Of a stretch of DNA of 64,000 bases, positions 39,724 to 48,992 are shown in pieces. The stretch spans positions 415 through 64,414 of the forward strand of contig JAIEQK010000018.1 in the NCBI GenBank assembly GCA_019747795.1. Reading direction: 5' to 3'. The notes under the pieces are model-generated. The model saw nothing but the letters and a program-made list of their open reading frames with translations, did not search any database and was not told the DNA's origin. The stretch comes from Gammaproteobacteria bacterium (GTDB taxonomy: Bacteria; Pseudomonadota; Gammaproteobacteria; Ga0077536). The position numbers and the translations under genes were made by a program. Numbering within the stretch: the first letter of the stretch is position 1; each line of letters opens with the position of its first letter.

Positions 39724-40584
39724 TCACTCGGCCACGCCGAGCTTGATCGCCGCCTGCTGTGCGCGCCGCGCCTCCCCCGCGGCGAGGAGCGCCGCGCGGT
39801 TGTGTTCACCGACCTGCATATAGGCCTCCTTCCACGCACTCGAGGCGCTCCACACCTGCGGCGTGACGACGGTCGTGCGCGGTCCCCGCGCCTGTTCGAC
39901 GAGGTCGAACGCGCGGTCGGCGATGTCCCGCTGGCTGGCCTCGTCCCATGGACGGCCACAGGGATTGCCCAGGGGAAAGTCGGTGAACAGGAAACGCGGC
40001 ACGCCGCAGTGCTCGACGATGTCGCGCGCCGACCCCACCACCACGGTGGCGATCGCTGCGGCTTCGAGTGCGCGGGCGACCAGACTCACGGTCTGGTGAC
40101 AGACGGGTCAGAGCGGCACCAGCAGCGCCACATCCACCGCCTCGTCGCGGCACCCCGCGACGATCGCGGGCGCGTCGCGCAGGGCGGTATGGCGCTGCGA
40201 GTACTCGGTCGGGACGCAGTAGAAGTGGGGCGCGAGCCCACCGATGCGCCCGCTGGCAACCAAGCGACCAAGCTGCCGCACCGGAAGGTAGCTCTCGCGA
40301 TCGTCGGTGTGCGTGGCCTGCGTGTCCCACGCGAGGCCCTGCGTGTCGAGCCCCGCCGGGGGATGCGCGAGATCGCAGCGCGCCAGGCGCCGTCCGTGGC
40401 CCTGATGGCTCGCGTCGGGCATGGCCGTGGTGACCACGGTGACCCGACACTCGGCGAGTGGTTTGTCCAGCGCGTGGAAGGGCACGTCTTCATGATGCGC
40501 CCAGTGATACGGGCGCGCATAACCCTGCGCCGCGTAGAACTCGCGCGAGCGCGCCATGTAGAGAACCGGGTCCGTCGTGTCCAT
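39724..40584 (-). CDS. GrdB/PrdB-family (glycine/sarcosine/betaine/D-proline reductase protein B-like) protein with in-frame TGA (40108-40110); candidate selenoprotein
   Basis: ORF 39724..40089 and the 3' part of ORF 40108..41577 share a frame across one TGA. Read-through gives ...DEAVDVALLVPL-U-PVC-HQTVSLVARALEAAAIATVVV...FPLGNPCGRP, a UxxC motif at the position where I recall GrdB/PrdB carrying Sec. A 7-bp hairpin ACCAGAC-CGUGA-GUCUGGU (40079-40097) starts 10 nt after the UGA. Confidence 0.62.
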
Positions 40585-40737
40585 GGTCGTCCGCCCTGGG
40601 GATACTGCTGAGGTCGGTCGTGCCGTCGGCGCGCCGCAAAGCGACTCGCCCGCTGGCCGAATATCGGCGCAACGCTCTGCGCTTGCAAGCTGTCCAGGCG
40701 ACGCCTCGAGCGCCGCCGGGTCAAGCGCGGCTTCCGG

Positions 40738-40791
40738 GCCAGACGCGCAACCCATGATCACGACCCGATTCTCGACAGCGAGGAGACCAGC
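40738..40791 (+). repeat. 54-nt leader-like repeat, copy 1 (no plus-strand gene follows)
   Basis: 43/54 identical, counted by eye, to 42435-42488, including ACGACCCGATT and CGAGGAGACC. Lies 15 nt beyond the stop of the acyl-CoA dehydrogenase gene. Confidence 0.7.
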
Positions 40792-40805
40792 ACGCGGCCG
40801 TCTGC

Positions 40806-42062
40806 TCAGGCCGGCTTCCGCCCCTCCGCCGCCGCCATCGGGTCGTAACCGTCCTGCATGAACATGCGGTGCAGCTGACGACGGCGGACGCCCATGTTGC
40901 CGCCGTCGTAGAGCGGGAAGCACAGCGCGTCCTGCATGAGGCCGGCCAGCGGATGAAGATCGGTATAGCTGTCGACGCCCACCAGGCGCATCGCGTCGTA
41001 CACGACCTGCACGCATAGTTCGGACGTGTAGACCTTGGTCATGATGGCGAGCTCCTCGCCCACCCGGTCCGTGTCGTCGAGGTAGTGGCAGGCCTTCCAG
41101 CTCAGGTAGCGCGCCGCCTCGATGCGCATCTTCAGATCGGCCAGCATGTAGCCGGCGTTCTGGTGCTCGATGATCGGCACCGTGCCCGAGCGCTTGTCCT
41201 TGCGCGCGAACTCGAACGCGCAGTCGAACGCGGCGCGCATCACGCCGGTGCACGCCGCGCCGATCAAGGCGGCGGTCCAGGAGAACGTGCGCGAGCACAT
41301 GCCGATGCCGTCGCCGGGCTTGCCGATCAGGTTGTCGTAGGGCACGCGCACGTTCTCGAAGTGCATGACTGGCGAAGACGTCGCGCGGTGACCGGCGGTG
41401 TCGAGGAAGCCCGCGACCTTGACGCCGGGCGCGCGCCCGGGCACGACGATGACCGCGAGCGATTCCTGCGGCGGCCGATCCCCACCCACTCTGCAGACCA
41501 GGCTGACGAGGTCCGCGCCCTTGCCATCCCAGCCGCAAGCGTTGGTGGTGTAGTGCTTCCTGCCGTTGATGACCCATTCGTCGCCTTCACGCACTGCGAT
41601 GGTCTGCACGCCCGCGTTGGGATCGGGGGTATCGAAGCCGGAGCCGCCGGTCACCTCGGTGAAGCCGAAAGCCGCCAACGGTGTGCCCTGGTTGCGGACG
41701 AACTGCGGCAGGAAGCGACGCTTCTGCTCCTCCGTGCCGTAGTTGATGATGGGTTCCAGCCCGAGGCCGGTGCCGAGTAGCGCGGAGGGCACGTTCACAT
41801 CGACCGCGGCCAGCTCCTCCGTGGCGAGCGCAAGGTCGACGGTGGACATCGCGGTGCCGCCGTAGGCCTTGGGAACCAGGGCGGTGATGAAGCCGGCCTT
41901 GACCATCTCTTCGTAGATGGGCCGGGTCGCGTAGAAGCGCTCTTCCGGGCGCGCCAACGGCCCGATGATGCCGCGTACGCGGGCGAGATGCGTGGCCGCG
42001 AACTCGCGCGCGGACTGTTGGAGCGCCTTCTGCTCCGGGCTCAGGGTGAAATCGATGGCCAT
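40806..42062 (-). CDS. Acyl-CoA dehydrogenase
   Basis: 418 aa from ATG 42062, after GAGGA. MAIDFTLSPEQKALQQSAREFA..., collinear with ACAD N-terminal, middle and C-terminal domains. Confidence 0.88.
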   Translation of the reverse strand: MAIDFTLSPEQKALQQSAREFAATHLARVRGIIGPLARPEERFYATRPIYEEMVKAGFITALVPKAYGGTAMSTVDLALATEELAAVDVNVPSALLGTGLGLEPIINYGTEEQKRRFLPQFVRNQGTPLAAFGFTEVTGGSGFDTPDPNAGVQTIAVREGDEWVINGRKHYTTNACGWDGKGADLVSLVCRVGGDRPPQESLAVIVVPGRAPGVKVAGFLDTAGHRATSSPVMHFENVRVPYDNLIGKPGDGIGMCSRTFSWTAALIGAACTGVMRAAFDCAFEFARKDKRSGTVPIIEHQNAGYMLADLKMRIEAARYLSWKACHYLDDTDRVGEELAIMTKVYTSELCVQVVYDAMRLVGVDSYTDLHPLAGLMQDALCFPLYDGGNMGVRRRQLHRMFMQDGYDPMAAAEGRKPA

Positions 42063-42434
42063 GGCGTCCTCACGTGTTGATCGAGATTCTTGGGCGGCAG
42101 TGCTTGCCCGACGCAGGCCGGGCGCTGTGCGACAGGGGCCAGCCGTGTGCGTCTGGCTGCAGCGCGCAGGCGTCCATATTGAAAGCGATTTGGCGCCCTG
42201 CTGCATTGCCGGCGCGCACCGAGGGAGTGCCCACCACGAAGACCAGGACCATGCATCACCTGCCGGCACGCGAACAGTTCAGCGACTGGTGCGAGTTGAT
42301 CTGCGAGGCGTTCGCGACGCCGAGTCCCGATACGGCGAGCCGGAACGGCTTCGGCAGCGCACCGCGATTTGTCCCACCGTGCATGCGCGTGGGCCGCGCG
42401 ACGCCGCCGGGTGCGGCGCGGCGCGGTTTCCTGC

Positions 42435-42488
42435 GCCGCCCGCGCAAGCCATAATCCCGACCCGATTTGCAACACCGAGGAGACCGGC
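42435..42488 (+). repeat. 54-nt leader-like repeat, copy 2 (carries the RBS of the downstream dehydrogenase)
   Basis: See 40738-40791. Its 3' 16 nt, TGCAACACCGAGGAGA (42468-42483), recur exactly at 55170-55185 in front of an amidohydrolase gene. Confidence 0.7.
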
Positions 42489-42490
42489 GA

Positions 42491-43498
42491 ATGAATGCGT
42501 GGGAGATTCAATCAGGCGGCGGCATCGACGCGCTCGTGCCCGTGACCCGCGACAAGCCCGCGCCCGGTCCGTACGACATCGTCGTGCGCGTCCGCGCGGT
42601 GTCGCTCAACTACCGCGACCTGCTGCACGTGCTGGGCGTGGTGGACCAGGATCGCTGGCCACTGGTGCCTTGTTCGGACGGCGCCGGTGAGGTGGTCCAG
42701 GTGGGCCCCGCGGTGACCCGCTTCAAGGTCGGCGACCAGGTCGCGGGCACCTTCTTCCAGCGCTGGCAGGCCGGCCGCATCAACGCGGACGTCATGGGCT
42801 CGGCGCTGGGCGGCACCATGCCCGGCATGCTGGCCGAGCACGTCTGCCTGCACGAGGACGGCGCGGTGCACGTGCCGCCGGGGTGGACGGCGGCCCAGGC
42901 CGCGACCCTGCCCTGCGCGGCACTCACGGCGTGGCACGCGCTGGTCGCCAAGGGCCAACTCATGGCGGGCGAGACGGTGCTCGTGCTCGGCACCGGCGGC
43001 GTGTCGCTGTTCGCGCTGCAGATCGCCAAGATGCACGGCGCACGCGTCATCCTGACCTCGAGCAGCGACGCCAAGATCGAGCGCGCCCGCGCGCTCGGCG
43101 CAGACTGGACCATCAACTATCGCGACACCCCGAACTGGGACCAGGCGGTGCTCGAACTGACCGGCGGCCGCGGCGTCGACCACGTGGTCGAGGTCGGCGG
43201 CTCCGGGACGCTCGCGAAGTCGATCAACGCCACCGCCTACGGCGGCCACGTGTGGCTCATCGGCGTGCTGACCGGCTTCGACAACGCGGTCGATCCGATG
43301 CCCGTGCTGTTCAAGAGCGTGAACGTGCAGGGCATCTACGTCGGCAGCCGCGAGATGTTCGAGAACATGAACGCGGCGTTCAGCGCCAATGGTCTGCAAC
43401 CCGTCATCGATCGCAGCTTCCCGCTCGCCGAGGCGCGCGCGGCGTTCCACTGCATGCAGCAGGCGGGACACTTCGGCAAGCTGGTCATCGAGCTATGA
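42491..43498 (+). CDS. Zinc-type/MDR-family NAD(P)-dependent alcohol dehydrogenase / quinone oxidoreductase
   Basis: 335 aa from ATG 42491, after GAGGAG. Rossmann motif VLGTGGVSLFALQIA, and an MDR fold throughout. Confidence 0.82.
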   Translation: MNAWEIQSGGGIDALVPVTRDKPAPGPYDIVVRVRAVSLNYRDLLHVLGVVDQDRWPLVPCSDGAGEVVQVGPAVTRFKVGDQVAGTFFQRWQAGRINADVMGSALGGTMPGMLAEHVCLHEDGAVHVPPGWTAAQAATLPCAALTAWHALVAKGQLMAGETVLVLGTGGVSLFALQIAKMHGARVILTSSSDAKIERARALGADWTINYRDTPNWDQAVLELTGGRGVDHVVEVGGSGTLAKSINATAYGGHVWLIGVLTGFDNAVDPMPVLFKSVNVQGIYVGSREMFENMNAAFSANGLQPVIDRSFPLAEARAAFHCMQQAGHFGKLVIEL

Positions 43499-43654
43499 CC
43501 ATGCGCCCAAGGTAAATACCTTGGAAGGTCGATCGGCCGCCGCGCATGGCGCGGGTATGCTGCGGCGGCGATAGATTAGGGCGCAGCCCGGGAGCACGCC
43601 GCGCCTGGGTCGTGAGTCACCGCCAACCGCTCCACGGGTGACAGGCAAACGCAC

Positions 43655-45439
43655 ATGACCAGGTCGAGTCTCGACATCGAAGCGCTCCGCGCGAAGTACG
43701 CCCTGGAGCGGGCACGGCGGCTGCGCCCGGCCGGCACCGATCAATACAGGTATGCCGAGGGCGCGCTCGCGCCGCTGGAGGATGATCCCTACGCCCCGGC
43801 GCCGGCCCCGCGCCCACCGCTGGACGAGATTCTCGACGTGCTCGTGATCGGCGCGGGCTTGGGCGGCCTGCAGCTGGGCGCGGCGCTGCGCCGCGAGCGC
43901 ATCGACGACTTCCGTATCGTCGACGTGGCCGGCGACTTCGGCGGCACCTGGTACTGGAACCGTTACCCCGGGCTGCGCTGCGACGTCGAGTCCTACATCT
44001 ACCTGCCGTTCCTGGAGGACACCGGCTACGTACCGACGGAACGTTACGTGCGCGGACGCGAGATCCTCGCCTACTGCCAGCTGCTCGGCCGGCATTTCAG
44101 CCTGTACGAGCGCGCGCTGTTCCAGACCGGCGTGACCGGCATGCAGTGGGACGACGCCGCGGCGCGGTGGACCGTCACCACCGATCGCGGCGACACCTTC
44201 CGCGCGCGCTTCGTGACCACGCAGAGCGGCATCTTCAACCGCCCCCAGCTGCCCGGCATCGAGGGCCTCGAGACCTTCCGTGGCAAGATGTTCCACAGCG
44301 CGCGCTGGGACTACGAGTACACCGGCGGCGATACCCATGGCGATCTCCGTGGACTCGCCGACAAGCGCGTCGGCCTGCTCGGCACGGGCACCACCGCGCT
44401 GCAGGTCGTGCCCGAAGTCGCGAAGAGCGCCCGGCAGCTCATCGTATTCCAGCGTACGCCGACCGCGGTCGGCGTACGCGACAACGGTCCCACCGACAGC
44501 GCCTGGTTCGAGGCTTTGCCCCCGGGCTGGCAGCGGCAGCGCGAAGTGAGCTTCAACCAGCTCGCCAACGGCGAACGCGCGGAGTGCGCGGTGGATGACG
44601 GCTGGGCGCGCTACTTCAACCGCCTGATCGACGCGGTCGAGGCGCTGCCCGCGGACCAGCGCACGCCCACGGCCATCGGCGAGGCGCAGGAAGCGGCGGA
44701 CTTCGCCTACAACGAACTCGTGCGCGCGCGGGTCGATGCCGAGGTCCACGATCCGCGTACCGCCGCGCTGCTCAAGGCCTATTACCGCACGCTCTGCAAG
44801 CGCCCCGGCTTCAGCGACGACTACCTGCCGGTGTTCAACCGACCGAACGTCTCGCTGGTGGACGTCAGCGAGGGAATCGAGCGCCTCACGGCGCAGGCCG
44901 TGGTGGTGGACGGCAGGCATTACGAAGTCGACTGCCTGATCTTCTGCACGGGCTTCGCCCTCGGCACGACCTGGACCCACCAGGCGGGCTACGACGTGAT
45001 CGGACGCGACGGGCTGAAGCTGTCCGACAAGTGGGACCGCGGCCTGGTCACCTACCACGGGTTGTTCAGTCACGGCTTTCCCAACCTGTTCTTCATGGGC
45101 CTCACCCAGACCGGCACGACCATCAACGTGCCGCACATGCTGCGCGAACAGATCGAGCACCTGACCTACATCGTGCGGCGCTGCCTGGACGAGAAGCGCT
45201 CGCGCGTGGAAGCGACGGCGGCGGCGGAAGAGGACTGGCAGCGGCAGATCGCCGCCGTCAACGAACTGCGCCGGCCCTTCCAGGAGGCCTGCACGCCCGG
45301 CTATTTCAACGCCGAAGGGCGCGCCGAGGATCGGCGCAGCGCGATCGGCTCGGGGATCTACTTCCCCTCCACCGACTTCTTCCGCATGTGGGCGGCGTGG
45401 CGAGCGCAGGGCGATTTCGCCGGACTCACCGTCACCTGA
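43655..45439 (+). CDS. Baeyer-Villiger (type I flavin-containing) monooxygenase
   Basis: 594 aa with FAD motif VIGAGLGG, GGTWYWNRYPGLRCD, BVMO fingerprint FRGKMFHSARW and a second Rossmann motif LGTGTTALQ. Confidence 0.88.
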   Translation: MTRSSLDIEALRAKYALERARRLRPAGTDQYRYAEGALAPLEDDPYAPAPAPRPPLDEILDVLVIGAGLGGLQLGAALRRERIDDFRIVDVAGDFGGTWYWNRYPGLRCDVESYIYLPFLEDTGYVPTERYVRGREILAYCQLLGRHFSLYERALFQTGVTGMQWDDAAARWTVTTDRGDTFRARFVTTQSGIFNRPQLPGIEGLETFRGKMFHSARWDYEYTGGDTHGDLRGLADKRVGLLGTGTTALQVVPEVAKSARQLIVFQRTPTAVGVRDNGPTDSAWFEALPPGWQRQREVSFNQLANGERAECAVDDGWARYFNRLIDAVEALPADQRTPTAIGEAQEAADFAYNELVRARVDAEVHDPRTAALLKAYYRTLCKRPGFSDDYLPVFNRPNVSLVDVSEGIERLTAQAVVVDGRHYEVDCLIFCTGFALGTTWTHQAGYDVIGRDGLKLSDKWDRGLVTYHGLFSHGFPNLFFMGLTQTGTTINVPHMLREQIEHLTYIVRRCLDEKRSRVEATAAAEEDWQRQIAAVNELRRPFQEACTPGYFNAEGRAEDRRSAIGSGIYFPSTDFFRMWAAWRAQGDFAGLTVT

Positions 45440-45510
45440 AACGCGCGGGCTTACACTGCCGGTCAGCGGCGCGCGAGCAGCACAGTCCCGCAGCGAGGGG
45501 AGCCACGAAC

Positions 45511-46674
45511 ATGACTACCGACCAGGGCGCGCGGTCGCCGCGCACGACGCATCCAACCAGGCGTTCACTGCATCACACGGTACGAACCGGCGTGCTGCTC
45601 GCGCTCCTGCTCGGGGTCGGCGCGGCGACGCTCGCCGCGACCGAACTCGATACGCTGCTCAAGCAACTGCTCACGCTCGACATCCAGGCGGCGCCAGGCT
45701 TCAGCGCGCGTGTAGTGGTACCGCCCGGCGAGCTCTACGACCCGCTGGTGATGCACGCCCAGGGCGAGGCCGTGTGGCTGAACGACGATGGCAAGGAACG
45801 CGGCGACAAGGGCAGTCGCATGCTCGCCATCGATGCGACCGGCAAGGTCACCGTGCTGGTCGACGCCGACCGGATGAAACCGGTGAGCGCTGGCTTCGAC
45901 ATCGCGCCCGCCGACTTCGGCGCCTACGGCGGCCAGATCTTCGCGCTGTCGCAGCCCAAGGTCGGCTCGCAGAACCAGGTCGAGAACTACATCATCCAGC
46001 GCATCGACGTGCAGCACGGACAGGCGGTCAGCGTGTTCTGCACGCTGCCGGCCCTCGATGCCGAGAAGGTCAGCGGTACGGGCGTAGACGCCGGTTTCGG
46101 CCCCCCGGGCAGCCCCTTCACCGGCAAACTCTACGCCGTCACCAGCCACAACGGCACGATCTACGCCGTGAGCGCCGACGGCCGTTGCGCACCCTTCACC
46201 ACTTTCGACGTGGAACGCCACGGTTCACCGCTCTACCTGGCCTTCGCTCCGGACGGCCGGTCCATGCTGGTCAGCGTGGTGCGCGGTGGACTGTATGCCG
46301 CGCGCGGCGCCGCCGTGCTGCGCGTGCACGCCGACGGCAGCATCGATCCGAAGGCAGTGGTCGAAGGCGGCACCATGCTCGGCGGTCTCGACATCGCACC
46401 GCCGGGCTTCGGTGAGCACGCGGGAGAACTGTTCGTGGTCGACGTCGGATCCTTCGAGATCCCCGTACCCCAGGGACAACGCCTCGCCGCCGACGGCAAG
46501 GTCTACCGCGTCGCGGCGAACGGCGAACTGGTGCTGGTGGCGAGCGGCCTGATCAATCCCTGGGGCCTGCGCTTCGTCGGCAAGCGGCTGTGGGTGAGCG
46601 ACATCAACGGTGATTTCATCTACGGCAAGCGCGAGCTGCCCGACGGCTTCATCGTCGAGATCACGCCGCGCTGA
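45511..46674 (+). CDS. Secreted hypothetical protein, probably beta-propeller-like
   Basis: 387 aa from ATG 45511 with an N-terminal signal/anchor (GVLLALLLGVGAATLAA) and repetitive beta-strand-rich sequence. Function not recognised. Confidence 0.6.
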   Translation: MTTDQGARSPRTTHPTRRSLHHTVRTGVLLALLLGVGAATLAATELDTLLKQLLTLDIQAAPGFSARVVVPPGELYDPLVMHAQGEAVWLNDDGKERGDKGSRMLAIDATGKVTVLVDADRMKPVSAGFDIAPADFGAYGGQIFALSQPKVGSQNQVENYIIQRIDVQHGQAVSVFCTLPALDAEKVSGTGVDAGFGPPGSPFTGKLYAVTSHNGTIYAVSADGRCAPFTTFDVERHGSPLYLAFAPDGRSMLVSVVRGGLYAARGAAVLRVHADGSIDPKAVVEGGTMLGGLDIAPPGFGEHAGELFVVDVGSFEIPVPQGQRLAADGKVYRVAANGELVLVASGLINPWGLRFVGKRLWVSDINGDFIYGKRELPDGFIVEITPR

Positions 46675-46686
46675 GCGCGACGTCGT

Positions 46687-47133
46687 TCATGCCCGCGGCG
46701 GCCGCACCGTGAGCACGGGCACGGTGCTCTGACGCACGACCTTCTCGGCGACACTGCCGATCAACAAGTGGGCGACGCCTGTCCGACCGTGGGTGCCCAT
46801 GACGATCAACTCGCAGCCCTTCTCGCCGGCGGCCGCGAGGATCTCCTGCATGGTGTTGCCGTCGCGCACTTCGCGCCGGACCTGCTCCAGCCCGCCGAGA
46901 TAGCGCTGGGCGAACGCCTCCAGTTGTTTGCCGGCCTCCCCGCGGATATGCGCGATGCGTTGGTTGCGCAGGGTTTCGTCACCGTAGATCTCGTTGAAGT
47001 GCGTGGTGTCGACCACGGTCACGAGTTCTATGACCGCGCCCAGCTGCCGGGCGAGTCCCGCCGCCCATGCAGCCGCGGCGCCCGCGCACTCGGACAAGTC
47101 TGTGGGTACCAGAATTCGACTGACGGGATTCAT
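46687..47133 (-). CDS. Universal stress protein (UspA family)
   Basis: 148 aa from ATG 47133. ILVPTDLSE...ELIVMGTHGRTG..HLLIGSVAEKVVR. Confidence 0.88.
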   Translation of the reverse strand: MNPVSRILVPTDLSECAGAAAAWAAGLARQLGAVIELVTVVDTTHFNEIYGDETLRNQRIAHIRGEAGKQLEAFAQRYLGGLEQVRREVRDGNTMQEILAAAGEKGCELIVMGTHGRTGVAHLLIGSVAEKVVRQSTVPVLTVRPPRA

Positions 47134-47378
47134 CGCATGCTTCCTCACTCGGGCACGGTGTATGTGCCCCTCGGCGTTCGTGCTCACGCCGCACACGGCG
47201 GCGCGACGGCACTGTACAACAGCGATCCTGGACGCGCCGCAGGCGGCGCTTGCACCGCGCCGCGCATGGCGGTCAGATGCGCATCACATGCGCACTCGAG
47301 CGACATCGAGAACGTGCCTTCAAGGTGGGATAGCGCGGTGCTAGGCTAACCCACCATCTGGCCCGTGAGGGGAAGGGC

Positions 47379-48338
47379 ATGAACCAGGCGGGCGGCGCCC
47401 ACGGGCGACACCACACCATCCACGGGCGGCACCAGCACCTGGACTGGGACAATGCCCGTCCACCTGCGCTGACCGTGGCGCCCGGCGACATCGTCGAGTT
47501 CAAGGATATCGACGCCCTGTGCGGCCAGCTCACCCGGGACTCGACGGCGGCGGCGCTCGCGACCCTGGACTTCGCGCGCGTCAACCCGATAGCCGGGCCG
47601 GTGTACGTCGACGGCGCTGAGCCGGGCGATGCATTGAAGGTCACGCTGCTCGATTTCGCCGGCGTCGGCTGGGCATGGACCGGCATCGTGCCGGGCTTTG
47701 GCCTGCTCGCCGAGGACTTCCCGGAAGCGGCGCTGCACATCTGGTCCTACGACACGAGCTTCACACGGCCGGCGGCGCTCTCGCGTTTCGCCCGCGTGCC
47801 GCTCAAACCGTTCTGTGGCACGGTCGGCGTGGCCCAGGCCGCGCCAGGCGGCTTCTCGACACTTCCGCCCTACGCCACCGGCGGCAACATGGACAGCCGT
47901 GATCTCACCCTCGGCGTGTCGCTGTATCTCCCCGTGCAGGTCAAGGGCGCGCTGTTCTCCATCGGCGATCCGCACTGCGCGCAGGGCGACGGCGAGGTCT
48001 GCGGGTCGGCCATCGAGTCCATCGCCAGCGTGACCGCGCGCCTCGAACTGGTGAAAGGCGAGAGCCTGCGGTTCCCGCGCTACGAGACCCCGGGGCCGGT
48101 GACGCGGCATCTGGACGCCAAGGGATACGACGTGACTACGGGCATCGGGCCGGACCTCATGGAAGCGGCCAGGAACGCTGTGCGCGGCATGATCGAACTG
48201 CTGGCACGCACGCGCGGCATGGATCCGGCGCACGCCTACATGCTGTGCAGCGTATGCGCCGACCTGCGCATCAGCGAGATCGTCGACCAGCCGAACTGGG
48301 TGGTGGCCTGTTACCTGCCGCGCGTGGTGTTCGAGTGA
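47379..48338 (+). CDS. Acetamidase/formamidase-family amidohydrolase
   Basis: 319 aa. GPVYVDGAEPGDALKVTLLD ... GGNMDSRDLT ... LFSIGDPHCAQGDGEV, typical of the FmdA/AmdA family. Confidence 0.8.
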   Translation: MNQAGGAHGRHHTIHGRHQHLDWDNARPPALTVAPGDIVEFKDIDALCGQLTRDSTAAALATLDFARVNPIAGPVYVDGAEPGDALKVTLLDFAGVGWAWTGIVPGFGLLAEDFPEAALHIWSYDTSFTRPAALSRFARVPLKPFCGTVGVAQAAPGGFSTLPPYATGGNMDSRDLTLGVSLYLPVQVKGALFSIGDPHCAQGDGEVCGSAIESIASVTARLELVKGESLRFPRYETPGPVTRHLDAKGYDVTTGIGPDLMEAARNAVRGMIELLARTRGMDPAHAYMLCSVCADLRISEIVDQPNWVVACYLPRVVFE

Positions 48339-48361
48339 GCCGCGCGGCGGAGGACGCCACG

Positions 48362-48958
48362 ATGACAGCGCGAGCACCTGGACTGCAGGCCTTCATCGAT
48401 GCCTTCCACGCGGCCATCCTGGCGCGGGCCGCGCCGGGCTCGCCCACCGCCGCCGCCGCGGCGCGCATCTTCGCCGCGCTCGAGGTCCCTGGTGAAGCGC
48501 GGCCCGTAGAGCCGCGGCGGCTCGGCTGCTGCGCGCACCTCGCGCGGGCGCTCGACCACGCGCAGGCGGCCGATGCCGTGGTTGCCAGGCTCGCCCGCGC
48601 GTTCGGCGCGTTGGAGCCGCACCTCGCGTGGAGCGTGCGCGGCAATGCCCACGACGTGGGCGAGCCCTTCCTGTCAGGTCACGCGAACGCGTACTTCATC
48701 GGGCCCGGCCAACTGGAATCGCGGCCGGAGGTGATGCTCGGCGTGAGCCTGATGGCGCCGCACATCAACTACCCCTACCACGATCACCCGCCGGAAGAGA
48801 TCTACGTCGCGCTGTCACCCGGCGACTGGCAGCAGAACGCCGACCCCTGGGTCACGCCCGGGATGGGCGGGCTCGTCTACAACCCGCCTGGCATACGCCA
48901 CGCGATGCGCTCAGGCCCGGCGCCCTTGCTCGCGGCGTGGTGCCTGTGGGTCGGCTGA
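48362..48958 (+). CDS. Cupin-fold protein (resembles DMSP-lyase-type cupins; function uncertain)
   Basis: 198 aa from ATG 48362. Cupin motif 1 is YPYHDHPPEEIYVALSPG. Motif 2 is GGLVYNPPGIRHAMRSG. Confidence 0.6.
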   Translation: MTARAPGLQAFIDAFHAAILARAAPGSPTAAAAARIFAALEVPGEARPVEPRRLGCCAHLARALDHAQAADAVVARLARAFGALEPHLAWSVRGNAHDVGEPFLSGHANAYFIGPGQLESRPEVMLGVSLMAPHINYPYHDHPPEEIYVALSPGDWQQNADPWVTPGMGGLVYNPPGIRHAMRSGPAPLLAAWCLWVG

Positions 48959-48992
48959 GCGCGCGCGCCGCGTCCTGAAAGGGAGACGATCC

